Assembly: GCA_945889325.1 (NCBI GenBank)
Contig: CAMDBH010000003.1
Location: forward strand, 27,702-91,701
From: Klebsiella pneumoniae
GTDB taxonomy: Bacteria > Myxococcota_A > UBA9042
Reading direction: 5' to 3'
Length of the DNA: 64,000 nucleotides
Positions 16,294 to 26,247 of the stretch are shown here, piece after piece; position 1 is the first letter of the stretch, and every line of letters begins with the position of its first letter. The notes beneath the pieces are model-generated. The model was not told where the DNA came from, made no database searches, and worked only from the letters and a program-made list of their open reading frames with translations. The position numbers and the translations under genes are program-made.

Positions 16294-16718
16294 TTTTTCG
16301 CCCTTGTCGACCTGAAGTGGTCAGCCGCAGCATAACGCGGTTGCGCCGCCGTGTCGATCGGGTTAGTTTGGTCGTGCGTGGAGCGTTTTGGCCCACGGAT
16401 CGCCAAACGTTTAAGTATTCAATGAATTGGCGCAGATCATTGACGTCGATGTCAGGTGCAATGGCACCCAATTGCCGTGCTTGGATATCAAAGTCGACTG
16501 CAGTGGCGGCACGGCATGCACCAAAATCGTGCCGATGAAAGACTGCGTGAAATCAACACCGAAGTGCAAAAGTGACGACAGTTTTTGCAAATGACCCGCC
16601 GCGGCGCCGACCAAGCGTCCATGTGACTGCGCGAAAAACTTGCCAAAACGGCGCCCGCCGTCAATCCTCCGCTATTGGTGGCGATCCTGTCAGTCGCCGC
16701 AGCCAGCGTAAGGAATCT

Positions 16719-17621
16719 GTGAGCCATCGTCTTGGTACATTTTGCGCCATTGCCGCCGCATCATGGGTCGCTTGTTCGGCCAATGGCGCTTGGGCGTTAG
16801 ACAAACAGGGCAGCGCCCACGGCGGCGAGGTCGGTGAAACCACCGGTTTCGGCTTGTCCGGCTCGTTCATGTTGGGCAGCGCCCTTTACAATCCGTCCTA
16901 TGCAGCCCGACCAGACAATAGCGGCAAAGCCTTGTTGCGCTACGCAGGCCACGCTGACATCGATTTGATCGGCGCAAAGTTATCGATACCATTGGACATC
17001 AATTTCTTCACCGATCGCTTGCGCGGCGGCGTCGGCGCCATTGCCCCCAGTGAATTCGACGTCATCGGCGGCGTGACTTCCACTTGGAATGTCGGTTCAT
17101 CGGCGTTTGAATTCGGCGCGCGCATCGAAAACGACCGCCCAGTGGATCAGGGCGACTACACCCAAACCTACGGCGACATCCGCGCCCGTTGGCTGTATTC
17201 GCTGTTGCCGCTTTTTCCGGAACTGAAAAATGCATTGCGCGACGGCGATTTGCACGGCTGGCTCACGCTGGGCTGGTTCGGTTACAACAAAACCTACGCC
17301 GCGCGTCCGGACAATTCCGGCTTGGCCTTGTTTCGCTACGGCGCGCACGGCGAAGTCGAGGCTTGGGATGGCCGTTTTGGCTTGGGCTTGGACGCCGCCA
17401 TGTTCACCGATTCTAGAGCCAATGCCGTTCGGCCCAGCGAACTGGACTTTACTGTTGATTTTTTCGCCAGGATCGCCGATTGGGATGTGCATTTGGCGAT
17501 GGAGCGAGACATGCCGCTGGATGTCGGTGGTCTAGTGCAACAGATGGTTTATGTGACGATCGGCCGCGGTTTTGCGTGGCAGCCGTCCAAGCGGTTGGAT
17601 CAGGCGCAACCTTGGAAGTAG
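16719..17621 (+). CDS. Hypothetical exported protein (possible beta-barrel) with internal duplication
   Basis: In-frame GTG at 16719 with AGGAA 6 nt upstream gives VSHRLGTFCAIAAASWVACSANGAWA, a signal peptide. The block YN(P/K)(S/T)YAARPDNSG(K/L)AL(L/F)RY(A/G)xH occurs twice. Confidence 0.5.
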   Translation: MSHRLGTFCAIAAASWVACSANGAWALDKQGSAHGGEVGETTGFGLSGSFMLGSALYNPSYAARPDNSGKALLRYAGHADIDLIGAKLSIPLDINFFTDRLRGGVGAIAPSEFDVIGGVTSTWNVGSSAFEFGARIENDRPVDQGDYTQTYGDIRARWLYSLLPLFPELKNALRDGDLHGWLTLGWFGYNKTYAARPDNSGLALFRYGAHGEVEAWDGRFGLGLDAAMFTDSRANAVRPSELDFTVDFFARIADWDVHLAMERDMPLDVGGLVQQMVYVTIGRGFAWQPSKRLDQAQPWK

Positions 17622-17628
17622 TTTCGCG

Positions 17629-17666
17629 CTCAGAGGCTGTGAAAAAGGTTTTTTCACACGCTCTCA
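17629..17666. repeat. REP-like palindromic hairpin, copy B; likely bidirectional terminator
   Basis: CTCAGAGGCTGTGAAAAAGGTTTTTTCACACGCTCTCA starts 8 nt after the TAG of the + gene and overlaps the TGA (17664-17666) of the convergent permease gene. Confidence 0.6.
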
Positions 17667-19214
17667 TTCGCCGCTCGGCAGCGTAATCCACTTGGCCACC
17701 AACAACAGCAGTCCCATGAAACCGTAGCCCAGCGCGTGTTGCCACGCGGGTGCCAAGGCAAAAGCGACATCGCCGGGGGTGAATTGCCAACTGTGCATCA
17801 AGCCGATGGCGCTGGTGGTGGCAGCGGCAAAGCACCAAAAACTCGCGCGGACAAAGCGTTTTTCGATAATTTCAACCGTGGTCGCGGCAAGGAACATGGC
17901 TGAAAAAATAAAGCCCTGTTCCAAGGCAAAGGCGCCGGTGATCCAAGTGTCGCCGCGTTCGAAGAGTGCAATGATTGTCGCGTCAAACGGGCGACCGGGC
18001 GCGCCCATGCCCGCGGCGCGCAAGCCATTTTTCGCCAAAAGGGCACCCCACGCGCCAACGGCGGGCAGGATCCCGAGCACAACCGCAGGTGCGTGCTCAC
18101 GCGGCACAGCTGAAAACGCCTGTGCGGTGATAACCAGGCCGATCCAAAGGACAATGGCCATGCCGGCATCGATGGGAATGGCCCAAGCGATGTAGGCCAA
18201 AGTGCCGCTCAGGCAAACGACTGTGGCAAAGATGCCGTTGAGCACGGAGTAACCGGCGCCGGCGCCCAAGGCCTTCCAGCCGGGATGGCCGATGTAGATG
18301 GTTGTCGGAAATGCGGAGCCAAAACAGGCGGCTACAATCGAGCCGATGCCGTTGACAGTCAGGGATGGTGCCGTTGGATAAGCGTCACCGGCGGCTTCGG
18401 CAGATTCGATATTTTGCAGGCTGCCTAAAACGTTGAACAAACCCATCGGCACAATAACGGCCAAGTAAGTCAGCAGGTGACCAGCGGTCAGGGACTGCCA
18501 CAATTCGCCAAGTACTGGAATCGGCAGCTGAAAGCCCGCACCTAGCGGCGGCGGGCCGACAGGTGCCAGACCGGTGGCCCACGCCAAAATCACGCCGAGC
18601 ACTACCGCGACGGCGCCGCCGGGCAAGTTGAACTTGAACTTCACTTTGCCAAAATAGGTCAATAAAACAACACCTAACGTCGAAAGGCCGACCAGCGGAT
18701 GGGCGTAAGTGCGAAACAGAAAACCAAGCGAGATAAAGCCCAGCGCAATGCCCGCCAACGTCGACAGCAATGCGGCACGCGGCGTGAACTTGCGGATCTT
18801 GTCGGCGACAGTCGCTCCCAAAAGCTCAATGACACCAGCACCTAACGTTGCAACCAAGCCTGCATGCCAAGCGATGCGCACGGGATCAGGATGGCCTGCT
18901 GCCTGAGCCGCCAATTTGGCTGGCAACATGATCAAAAAGACATGGCCAAAGAGCGACACCGTGTTGATGCCGTAGGGCAGCGCGCAAACGTCAGTGCGTC
19001 CTGTCTTTTTCGCCAGTTGCATCGCTTGCCAGGCGTAAAACAAATTACCGACCAGCAGCGACATCGCCGCCCCGGGCAAGACGCGGCCGTACAAAAGGTC
19101 CGACGGCATGCCGAGCACGAAGCGGCACAACCCATCGATGAGCAACAATTGCACAAGGCTGTCTAGCGCCAGACCAAAGAAGCCGTCGAGGTCGCCGCGG
19201 GTAAACCAGCGCAT
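17664..19214 (-). CDS. NCS2/AzgA-like (xanthine/uracil/vitamin C permease family) transporter
   Basis: The internal ATG at 19214 (GGAGA RBS) gives MRWFTRGDLDGFFGLALDSLVQLLLI...ALPYGINTVS. The protein is polytopic and hydrophobic throughout. The family call is from memory of similar N-terminal blocks. Confidence 0.6.
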   Translation of the reverse strand: MRWFTRGDLDGFFGLALDSLVQLLLIDGLCRFVLGMPSDLLYGRVLPGAAMSLLVGNLFYAWQAMQLAKKTGRTDVCALPYGINTVSLFGHVFLIMLPAKLAAQAAGHPDPVRIAWHAGLVATLGAGVIELLGATVADKIRKFTPRAALLSTLAGIALGFISLGFLFRTYAHPLVGLSTLGVVLLTYFGKVKFKFNLPGGAVAVVLGVILAWATGLAPVGPPPLGAGFQLPIPVLGELWQSLTAGHLLTYLAVIVPMGLFNVLGSLQNIESAEAAGDAYPTAPSLTVNGIGSIVAACFGSAFPTTIYIGHPGWKALGAGAGYSVLNGIFATVVCLSGTLAYIAWAIPIDAGMAIVLWIGLVITAQAFSAVPREHAPAVVLGILPAVGAWGALLAKNGLRAAGMGAPGRPFDATIIALFERGDTWITGAFALEQGFIFSAMFLAATTVEIIEKRFVRASFWCFAAATTSAIGLMHSWQFTPGDVAFALAPAWQHALGYGFMGLLLLVAKWITLPSGE

Positions 19215-19423
19215 GGTTTTCTCCAAGTTGGAACCGGCATCGGAAAAATCGCATTTTTGCGGATGCGGTTTCAGCGTATCGGTAAAATTTACTTTTGCCC
19301 ACACCCACCGTGGCCCAAATCGAACCGCCGTGCAACCTAACAAACAAGCAACGGCAGTTGCAGCCTTTGGCGTTTCTCCTATCTTGCCCAACGCCGGTCC
19401 AATTGACCCAAAAGGAGCAGAAA

Positions 19424-22400
19424 ATGCGCAACCATTATCGAATTCTACAAATGTTCGCGCTGATCGGGCTATTTTTGTCGATGCAGGCGCAAGCTGCGCC
19501 GCTGGACCGCTTTTGGCCGCATCCGGCCCACGATTTGCACCGCTCGCGCTACTCGGCGACTAAGAATCAACTTGCAGAGCCGGTGATGCGCTGGCGGGCC
19601 TTCTTGGGTGGCCTGCCCGTATCGCCGCACGCGCTCGACGTCGATTTTGACAACCGCGAGGATGTGATAGCAGTCGAAGGCGGCCGCGCGGTGGCGCGGC
19701 GCCAAAATGGCGCTTTGCTGTGGAGCAGTCTCGCCTTGGGCGCCACCGCACTCGGGCCGATCGCGGATTTCAACGGCGACGGCACCCCTGACGTGGTTGT
19801 CGTGGCGCAGACAGCTGTGCACGTGATTTCAAGCGCCAATGGCAAGATTGTGTTTTCATCGCCAGCGGGGCAGTTGCCCGACGTGTCCTTTGTTTCCGCC
19901 GACGATCGCGATGGCGACGGACTGGCCGATTTGGCCTACGCAGGCAGTGGCGGCGGCGGTCAGAGCGCCAAAGCCACGACTTTTGTTTACCGGCTTGTTG
20001 GCGCGCCCCAGTTACTGGCCAAAACCGACACAAGTCCGCCGACTGTGCAAATCGCGGCCACAAACGGCGAACGCAGTTTGGATATCGACGGCGACGGACT
20101 GGCCGACTTTTTGCTGCCGGGCCTGTTTTATGTCTATGCGTTTTCCGGAAAAACCGGCGCTTTGATCGCGGTGACTGCAAAACTGAAGCAATTTCCTGGG
20201 GGCAATGTGCAGGCCTTTTCCGTGCCGTCAAAACTTGGCGGAGCGCCGCTTTTGGTGATGAGCGCCAGCTATGTATACGGTGTTCTGCAAAAAGAAGGCA
20301 TGGAGGGGCTGATGGCGCTGCGTCAAAAAGGCAAACTTTTAGAGGAAGTTTGGTCCATGTCTCTGCCCGATTTGGCCAAAGACCGCTTTGCTTGCCGCAC
20401 GGGTGGGATGGGCGATCTGGATGGCGATGGTCAGGCGGAAATTCTTTACGGCAGGTTTCAGGGCGGCGTGTGGACGCTGGAAGTGCGCGATGCCCTAACC
20501 GGTGCAATTCTCCATAGCCTAGGCCCAACGACCCCATGGCTAGGTGGCGCTGGTGGCCTGCAACCGGTTGTCACGGCAAAATTTTATGCCACGGGGCCCT
20601 TTGTGACCCTCGCGGTTGCCGGCACCACGGAGAGTGTGGCGCCGATTGCCCACTGGCACGCCGTGCGCTGGACGCGCGCGACGGGCTTTGAATCGGTGGC
20701 CGATCTCGGGCTGGGCGGTTGGAGCGAGGCCAACGTCCTGCCCGGGCTGGGCAAATGGAAACAGCTTCAGTGGAGCGTCGCGCCGCTCGCGGGCGGTTTG
20801 GGCACGACGGCGCAACTCTTGATGCAGCGCGACGGCAACGGCGAAGGCTCGCCGGACACGTTGGAAATCATCGATTTGCCACAAAATGGCAAGCCGAAAG
20901 AGGGGGGCCCCAAACTGAAAATACCACCGGGCGCCGGGGCGCGTTTGACCTTGCTTGAACCCAATGGCAGTCGGCACCTCATGCTGGGCTATGTCGATGG
21001 CCACGCGCCGATTTTCGACGCTCAACTGAAAATTACCAATGATCTCGATAAAGACCAGCAGGCCGATTTGCGCTACGGCGGCGGGAGCAATCCAGCGATC
21101 CTCGTCGCCCCTGTGCACGATGCAGACGCAACACCATTGATTTTGTTGTCCAATGGCGCTTCAGCCTATGCACTGGATCCTGTGGCGGCGGACTCGCTGC
21201 ACGAACCGAAAGTGGTCTTGCAAATCGAGTCGCGCGGTGCCTTGCCCAATATCGCGATGGCCGATGTAAACGGCGATGGGGCCCGTGAATTCGTTGTGCG
21301 GACGCGACCGCTCAAAGGCACCGCCAGCGTGACGGCTTATGACGTCGCGGGCAAGCAAATGTGGAAGTATGCCCATCCCAAGGACAACTGGTTCTGGCAG
21401 CCAACGCAGTTGAATGGCCTGATTGTCTACGACGCCAATGCGGACGGGGCAGACGATCTACTGCTGCAATTCACTTTGCCCGGCCTGTTTGACCCAGCAA
21501 AGATTTACAACCTGATGTTGGACGGCAAGACCCAAAAGGCGCTGTGGACTGATTCCGCTGCCGCAGCAGCCAATGTGGACGCAGCAGCAGCGCTCGACGA
21601 CGGCGATCCAGCCAAACCGAGGTGGTTGTGGTCCAGCTACTATTTGCTCACGATGCTGGATGCCAAGGACGGCACGAGCAAGACGCAGGCTGGCCTTCCG
21701 ACTTCGTCCGGCGTGGCAATTGCGCAAGACCTGAATAAAGATGGCAAAATGGACCTTGTCGTGCCCGACGGTGCGGCAGGGCCCGCGGCGTATTTGGCGC
21801 CAGATTGGAAGGTTGCATGGTTTGATCCGATCAGTTTTCCGGGACGTTCCAATGCCTTATGGCCGATGTTGGGTGGATTTTATGTGGTGGTTGCGCCCAA
21901 TGTCCTGCCCAATTTGCAGGTGCGCGATGCGGCCAATGGTAAAATCTTGTGGTCGCGCATGTTTGTCGACGGCAAGTCCTATGCGTTGGACAGCGCGCCG
22001 TCGAGCAGCCACACACTGCACGGCATGGTGGCAGTGCAGGATCTGGTCGGCCTAGGTCATGCCAATTTGGTGTTTCGCGACACAGCGGGCTATCTGTACG
22101 CCGTCAACGCGCAGGATGGCTCGGTCGATTGGGCGATCAATTGGGGCGGACTGTTTGGCGATCCGATCGCGGCAGACATCGATGGCGATGGGGAAGTCGA
22201 GATTCTTACAACCTTTAGCGATGGTTACCTGTATGCACTGGACAAGAACAAGCTGGGCAAGGCTGCTTGGGCGCGCGAACACGACGCCACAGGTCCGGCG
22301 CTCACGGCCCAAGCCGATATCGATGTGCAAGAATCAACGACGCAAGTCCTGGTCAATTGGGCGGCCCTGGACAACGCAGCAGCCTATTCGGTTCAATTGG

Positions 22401-23110
22401 TTGATTCTACAGGTTATATTGTTTCTCCGTGGCGCGACGTCGGCGGGCTGACCGATGGCAAGATCGATGGGCTGTTGCTTTTGCCCGGTGAAACGTACCG
22501 GACTCAAGTGGCCGGTCGGGAAGGACAAGGCCTGACCGCCGCGCAATCTCAGGTGGTTGAGAGCGATGGCGTGACGATCGTCGACAACTCGCCACCGCGG
22601 GTCGATGCGCTGGCGGTGCAACCGGTGGCCGTGCCGATGGCCCACACAGGCGGCCAGATCACGGGGCAAATCAGCGATGCGACGCGACTGGCCAGTTGGC
22701 AAATGCGCATCTTGAACGACGTCGGCAAAAATGTGTTCGAAAAATCCGCCAAAACCACCGCACCCAGCCTTGGCATCGATGTGGCGTGGGACGGTTTGGA
22801 CAGCAACGCGATTCTGGCGCCGCCGGGGCAGTACACGGTGCAATTGACCGCCCGCGACGACGCTGCGCATGAGGCCAGCAAGTCGGTGCCATTGACGGTG
22901 TGCGGGCCGCTGCAACATGTGGAAAATGGAAAATGTGTCAGTGGTTTAGAAGGTGTCGATGCGGGCGGGACGGTGGATGCCAATTCGCTCAACGGCTCTT
23001 TGGCCAATGACTGTCGGGCGACTCCGCGTGCTGCCGACGGAGGTTGGGCCGCATTTGGGCTTGTCGCCGGTTTGGCGCTGCTGATCGCGCGCAACAGGCG
23101 CCGCATCTGA
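19424..23110 (+). CDS. Secreted FG-GAP/VCBS and PQQ-like beta-propeller repeat protein with FlgD-Ig-like domain and MYXO-CTERM-like C-terminal anchor
   Basis: ATG at 19424 with AAAGGAG RBS. Signal peptide MRNHYRILQMFALIGLFLSMQAQA. At least 8 DxDGDGxxD(L/V) calcium-loop repeats. GYLYAVNAQDGSVDW and DGYLYALD resemble PQQ/BamB repeats. The tail CRATPRAADGGWAAFGLVAGLALLIARNRRRI is present. Confidence 0.75.
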   Translation: MRNHYRILQMFALIGLFLSMQAQAAPLDRFWPHPAHDLHRSRYSATKNQLAEPVMRWRAFLGGLPVSPHALDVDFDNREDVIAVEGGRAVARRQNGALLWSSLALGATALGPIADFNGDGTPDVVVVAQTAVHVISSANGKIVFSSPAGQLPDVSFVSADDRDGDGLADLAYAGSGGGGQSAKATTFVYRLVGAPQLLAKTDTSPPTVQIAATNGERSLDIDGDGLADFLLPGLFYVYAFSGKTGALIAVTAKLKQFPGGNVQAFSVPSKLGGAPLLVMSASYVYGVLQKEGMEGLMALRQKGKLLEEVWSMSLPDLAKDRFACRTGGMGDLDGDGQAEILYGRFQGGVWTLEVRDALTGAILHSLGPTTPWLGGAGGLQPVVTAKFYATGPFVTLAVAGTTESVAPIAHWHAVRWTRATGFESVADLGLGGWSEANVLPGLGKWKQLQWSVAPLAGGLGTTAQLLMQRDGNGEGSPDTLEIIDLPQNGKPKEGGPKLKIPPGAGARLTLLEPNGSRHLMLGYVDGHAPIFDAQLKITNDLDKDQQADLRYGGGSNPAILVAPVHDADATPLILLSNGASAYALDPVAADSLHEPKVVLQIESRGALPNIAMADVNGDGAREFVVRTRPLKGTASVTAYDVAGKQMWKYAHPKDNWFWQPTQLNGLIVYDANADGADDLLLQFTLPGLFDPAKIYNLMLDGKTQKALWTDSAAAAANVDAAAALDDGDPAKPRWLWSSYYLLTMLDAKDGTSKTQAGLPTSSGVAIAQDLNKDGKMDLVVPDGAAGPAAYLAPDWKVAWFDPISFPGRSNALWPMLGGFYVVVAPNVLPNLQVRDAANGKILWSRMFVDGKSYALDSAPSSSHTLHGMVAVQDLVGLGHANLVFRDTAGYLYAVNAQDGSVDWAINWGGLFGDPIAADIDGDGEVEILTTFSDGYLYALDKNKLGKAAWAREHDATGPALTAQADIDVQESTTQVLVNWAALDNAAAYSVQLVDSTGYIVSPWRDVGGLTDGKIDGLLLLPGETYRTQVAGREGQGLTAAQSQVVESDGVTIVDNSPPRVDALAVQPVAVPMAHTGGQITGQISDATRLASWQMRILNDVGKNVFEKSAKTTAPSLGIDVAWDGLDSNAILAPPGQYTVQLTARDDAAHEASKSVPLTVCGPLQHVENGKCVSGLEGVDAGGTVDANSLNGSLANDCRATPRAADGGWAAFGLVAGLALLIARNRRRI

Positions 23111-23368
23111 CGACCAAGCGGCACATCGCGCAGCGGCCGTGCCGTGCGCAGCGACGCGCGCCAGATACCGATATTATTTCATATGCTTTTAGATCGGCCG
23201 CAGTTTTGTCGCCAAACACGGCGCCATTGGCTTGATCGTTGCCGCGCGATCGCCCATGCTTGTACATGGCGCGCCCGCCAAATTTTTCCGCCCACGCGCG
23301 GATTTTGGGCCGCTGTTCGCCCCTGTTTCCGTCCGCCCGTGGGTCGCCCGTGTTCTGGAGGTTCTGTG

Positions 23369-25705
23369 ATGTCCGCTGGTTATCCCCTTGTTTTAGCACG
23401 CTTGTGTCGGCTTGTTTTCGCGTTGGTCTGCGTTTTTGCCGTTGCATTTCCAGCCACGTACGTCCAAGCGGCTGAACGCGCTGAAGTTTTGCTATTCGTG
23501 CTCGATCAGGTCGACATCGGCGGTGTCGTGCTGCCGATGATCGTGCCGCAGGCCAACAAAGCGTTGGCCGATGCAGGGCCATCTTCGCGTCCGACAAAGG
23601 CTTTTGACGCTTTGCGCGCGCGCTCGCCCAAGGCCTACGGCGCGACCAGCTTGCGCATCGACTCTGCCACGCGGGCCACGTTGGTGCTGGACAAAATGGC
23701 CGATGCAGATCAAGTGCTTGCCGAAGTGTATTGGTCTTTGTCGGCCCAGGGCTTTACGGAAATTTTGGCGCCGCCGTTTATCAAAACCAGTGTGACCATT
23801 GAGGATCTGAGCTATGCCGCCCACGTGCCGATCGTGTACATGTGGGATTTGCTGCGGTTTTATGAGCAGGTCAACTTGGTCGCCAGCACCTTTGTGATTG
23901 AAAGTGGCCGGCCGGTGATGGCGATGGAGGCGATCAAGAAGCTGCAAAAAGGCGATCCGGGCTTGAAAAAACAATTGACCGATGCGCTGGCTGGCAATTC
24001 CATGCGGGCCAAAATTGCGTATTTGGAAGCCATTGCCGATGGTTCCATGCGGCAGGCCTTCAAGTTCAAGGCCGACGACGCGTTGCCCGGTCTCAAGGAC
24101 CCGTCAGTGGCCGTGCGCGGTGTGGCGTTGGACGCTGTGATTGCAAGTGGTTTCAAATCGCCGGGCCCTGTGGACACCGCGCTCGAAGAACTGGTGGAAA
24201 ACGATGTGGATGCCGAACTCAAACTGCGCGCGGTCAAAGCGCTGTCAAAATCAGGCAATAAGAAATACGAGATCATTTTGGAAAGTGAAAAATTGCGCAC
24301 CGGAACGGCCAAAGAAGCATTAGAAGCCGTAGAAAAATTGGCCAAATCGACGCAAGTTAAGATTGCGGCACCCGCGCTAGTCGGTGCGCTGTCGCATTCT
24401 GATGCCAACGTGCGTGAAGCGGCGTTTAAGGGCCTAGTCGCCTTGAAACAATACGATTTGTTGCAAACGGCCATGGACGGCGATCAACTGTCGGCGCAAA
24501 TGCGCGAGCAGATCGCAATGGTGCTGGTGGAAAATGGCTCGGCGGCGGCTCAAGATCAATCGCTGCAATATCTGATTACCAAAGGCAAAGCGCCGGGCGC
24601 GATTTTTGCCTGTCAAACGTACGGCAAGCGCGGCGCAAAAACTGCCTCACCTGCATTGATCGATGCGCTTAAGCATGAATCGGCCGAAGTGCGCGCGGCG
24701 GCTGCGGAAGCGTTGGCGTTGCTCAAAGACGAACGCGCAATCGTGCCGCTGGCCGACGCTGCCGACGCCAAGGCCCGCGACAAAGAAGTCATGATGAAAG
24801 CGGCGGTGGAAATTTTGGCCTCGCTGCGGTTGGAGCAGGTAAAGTCGCTTGTGGGCAGCAAAAATATCGCGGTGCGCCAGATGGCAATTCGGGCGTTGGC
24901 CGATTTTGCCAAAGGTTCACGGCCGCGGCCGGACGTGGTCGCGATTTTGCAGGAAGCCAAAAAAGATCCGGATATCAACATCAAACGTTCAGCTGTGTAT
25001 GCGTTGGCGCGGTTGCAAGATGATGGCATTGCGCGCGATCTGGCGGAAATGAAAAAGGACACTGACGCCGAAGTGCGCCAGCAGGTTGCGCTTTCTCAAG
25101 GGTCTGCTTCCAGCAAATACACCGAAGCCGACGATGTACTGATCGAAATGGTCTCCGATCCAGACAAGCGCGTGCGCATTGAGGCGATCAACGGCTTGGC
25201 CAAGCGCAAAGCCCCAGCCGGTGTTGAGAAAATTTCAAAATTGGTCACCAATCCGGACGCCGAAGTCAAACGCGCGGCCCATGCGGCGCTGCTGGCGCTG
25301 CGCGATCCGACCAACGCGGACAAGTTGCGGCCGATTTTTCGCCGCGGCATGGAATTCAATGATTCCGCGGTGCGTTTGACCTGCGTCCAAGCGCTGTCGG
25401 ACAAAGTGACGGCTGAAGACATTGAAGCGCTGCGCAAAGCAGCATTTGACAACTCTAAGGAGGTGAAAGTTCAGGCGATTGCGGCATTGGGCTCATCAAA
25501 ATTGGCTGAGAGCATGGATGCGTTGGCCAACTTCTTATCCGATACCGATATGGAAGTACGTGAAAAGGCACTGGATGCGCTGTGTTCGATTCCGGCGGGT
25601 GAATCGTCCAAGGCCAAAATGCAATACCTCAAAGATGCCATCGACGCAGCCGATATGCCCGATGCCCTGAAAAAGAAAGCGGAAGCTTGTCGCAAAAAGC
25701 CGTAG
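23369..25705 (+). CDS. HEAT (PBS-lyase type) repeat protein, secreted or membrane-anchored
   Basis: ATG at 23369 after GGAG gives MSAGYPLVLARLCRLVFALVCVFAVAFPATYVQA. More than 10 units of the type DxxVRxxAxxALxxL, for example SAEVRAAAAEALALLKDERAIVPL. Confidence 0.75.
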   Translation: MSAGYPLVLARLCRLVFALVCVFAVAFPATYVQAAERAEVLLFVLDQVDIGGVVLPMIVPQANKALADAGPSSRPTKAFDALRARSPKAYGATSLRIDSATRATLVLDKMADADQVLAEVYWSLSAQGFTEILAPPFIKTSVTIEDLSYAAHVPIVYMWDLLRFYEQVNLVASTFVIESGRPVMAMEAIKKLQKGDPGLKKQLTDALAGNSMRAKIAYLEAIADGSMRQAFKFKADDALPGLKDPSVAVRGVALDAVIASGFKSPGPVDTALEELVENDVDAELKLRAVKALSKSGNKKYEIILESEKLRTGTAKEALEAVEKLAKSTQVKIAAPALVGALSHSDANVREAAFKGLVALKQYDLLQTAMDGDQLSAQMREQIAMVLVENGSAAAQDQSLQYLITKGKAPGAIFACQTYGKRGAKTASPALIDALKHESAEVRAAAAEALALLKDERAIVPLADAADAKARDKEVMMKAAVEILASLRLEQVKSLVGSKNIAVRQMAIRALADFAKGSRPRPDVVAILQEAKKDPDINIKRSAVYALARLQDDGIARDLAEMKKDTDAEVRQQVALSQGSASSKYTEADDVLIEMVSDPDKRVRIEAINGLAKRKAPAGVEKISKLVTNPDAEVKRAAHAALLALRDPTNADKLRPIFRRGMEFNDSAVRLTCVQALSDKVTAEDIEALRKAAFDNSKEVKVQAIAALGSSKLAESMDALANFLSDTDMEVREKALDALCSIPAGESSKAKMQYLKDAIDAADMPDALKKKAEACRKKP

Positions 25706-25724
25706 CCACGGAGGGAGAATCTAA

Positions 25725-26246
25725 ATGAAAATCAAGCAGTGGGCGGCCAGCTTGGGTTTGATTGTTGCTGTGGGCGGCATCGGTGTTGCCTTGGCCGCGA
25801 CCCCAGCCAAACCGGCGGGCGAAGCGGCGGCGTCCAAGGAGATGGCGGCGCAACAAAAGGCGGCGCTGGAATTGGTGCACTTTGTAGTACCTCGCGATAT
25901 TTATCTGAAAATGACCGAGCAAATGATTGCGGCGATGTCCGGTGAACTGCGCAAACAGTCGGAAAAACTGCCCGATGATTTTGAAAAACGCATGCAAGAC
26001 GTGATGGCCGACGTTCTGCCGTATGACGAGTTGCTGGCGTGGGCGGCGGAAATCTATGCGACGCGGTTTACTGTGGACGAATTGCACGCGATTACGGCAT
26101 TTTACAAGACGCCGGTCGGGCAAAAGACCATCAAACTGATGCCGGAATTGCAGGGTGAAATCGGCCTGAAAGTGGCCAAACTTTTGCCACAGAAGTTGCC
26201 GGCTTCTATGAAGAAGTTTGGGCTTTTGCCGGCGGATGCGCCTTAA
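25725..26246 (+). CDS. DUF2059-family periplasmic protein
   Basis: GGAGGGAG RBS and signal peptide MKIKQWAASLGLIVAVGGIGVALA. FTVDELHAITAFYKTPVGQKTIKLMPE is the DUF2059 signature. Confidence 0.75.
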   Translation: MKIKQWAASLGLIVAVGGIGVALAATPAKPAGEAAASKEMAAQQKAALELVHFVVPRDIYLKMTEQMIAAMSGELRKQSEKLPDDFEKRMQDVMADVLPYDELLAWAAEIYATRFTVDELHAITAFYKTPVGQKTIKLMPELQGEIGLKVAKLLPQKLPASMKKFGLLPADAP

Positions 26247-26247
26247 C

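Noticed and set aside
17629-17666. CRP/FNR-type operator interpretation of the TGTGA...TCACA palindromes.
   Set aside because: The spacer is 10-11 nt rather than 6. All four copies lie downstream of stop codons or between convergent genes rather than in promoters, and the flanking arms extend the hairpin. REP- or terminator-like elements fit better.
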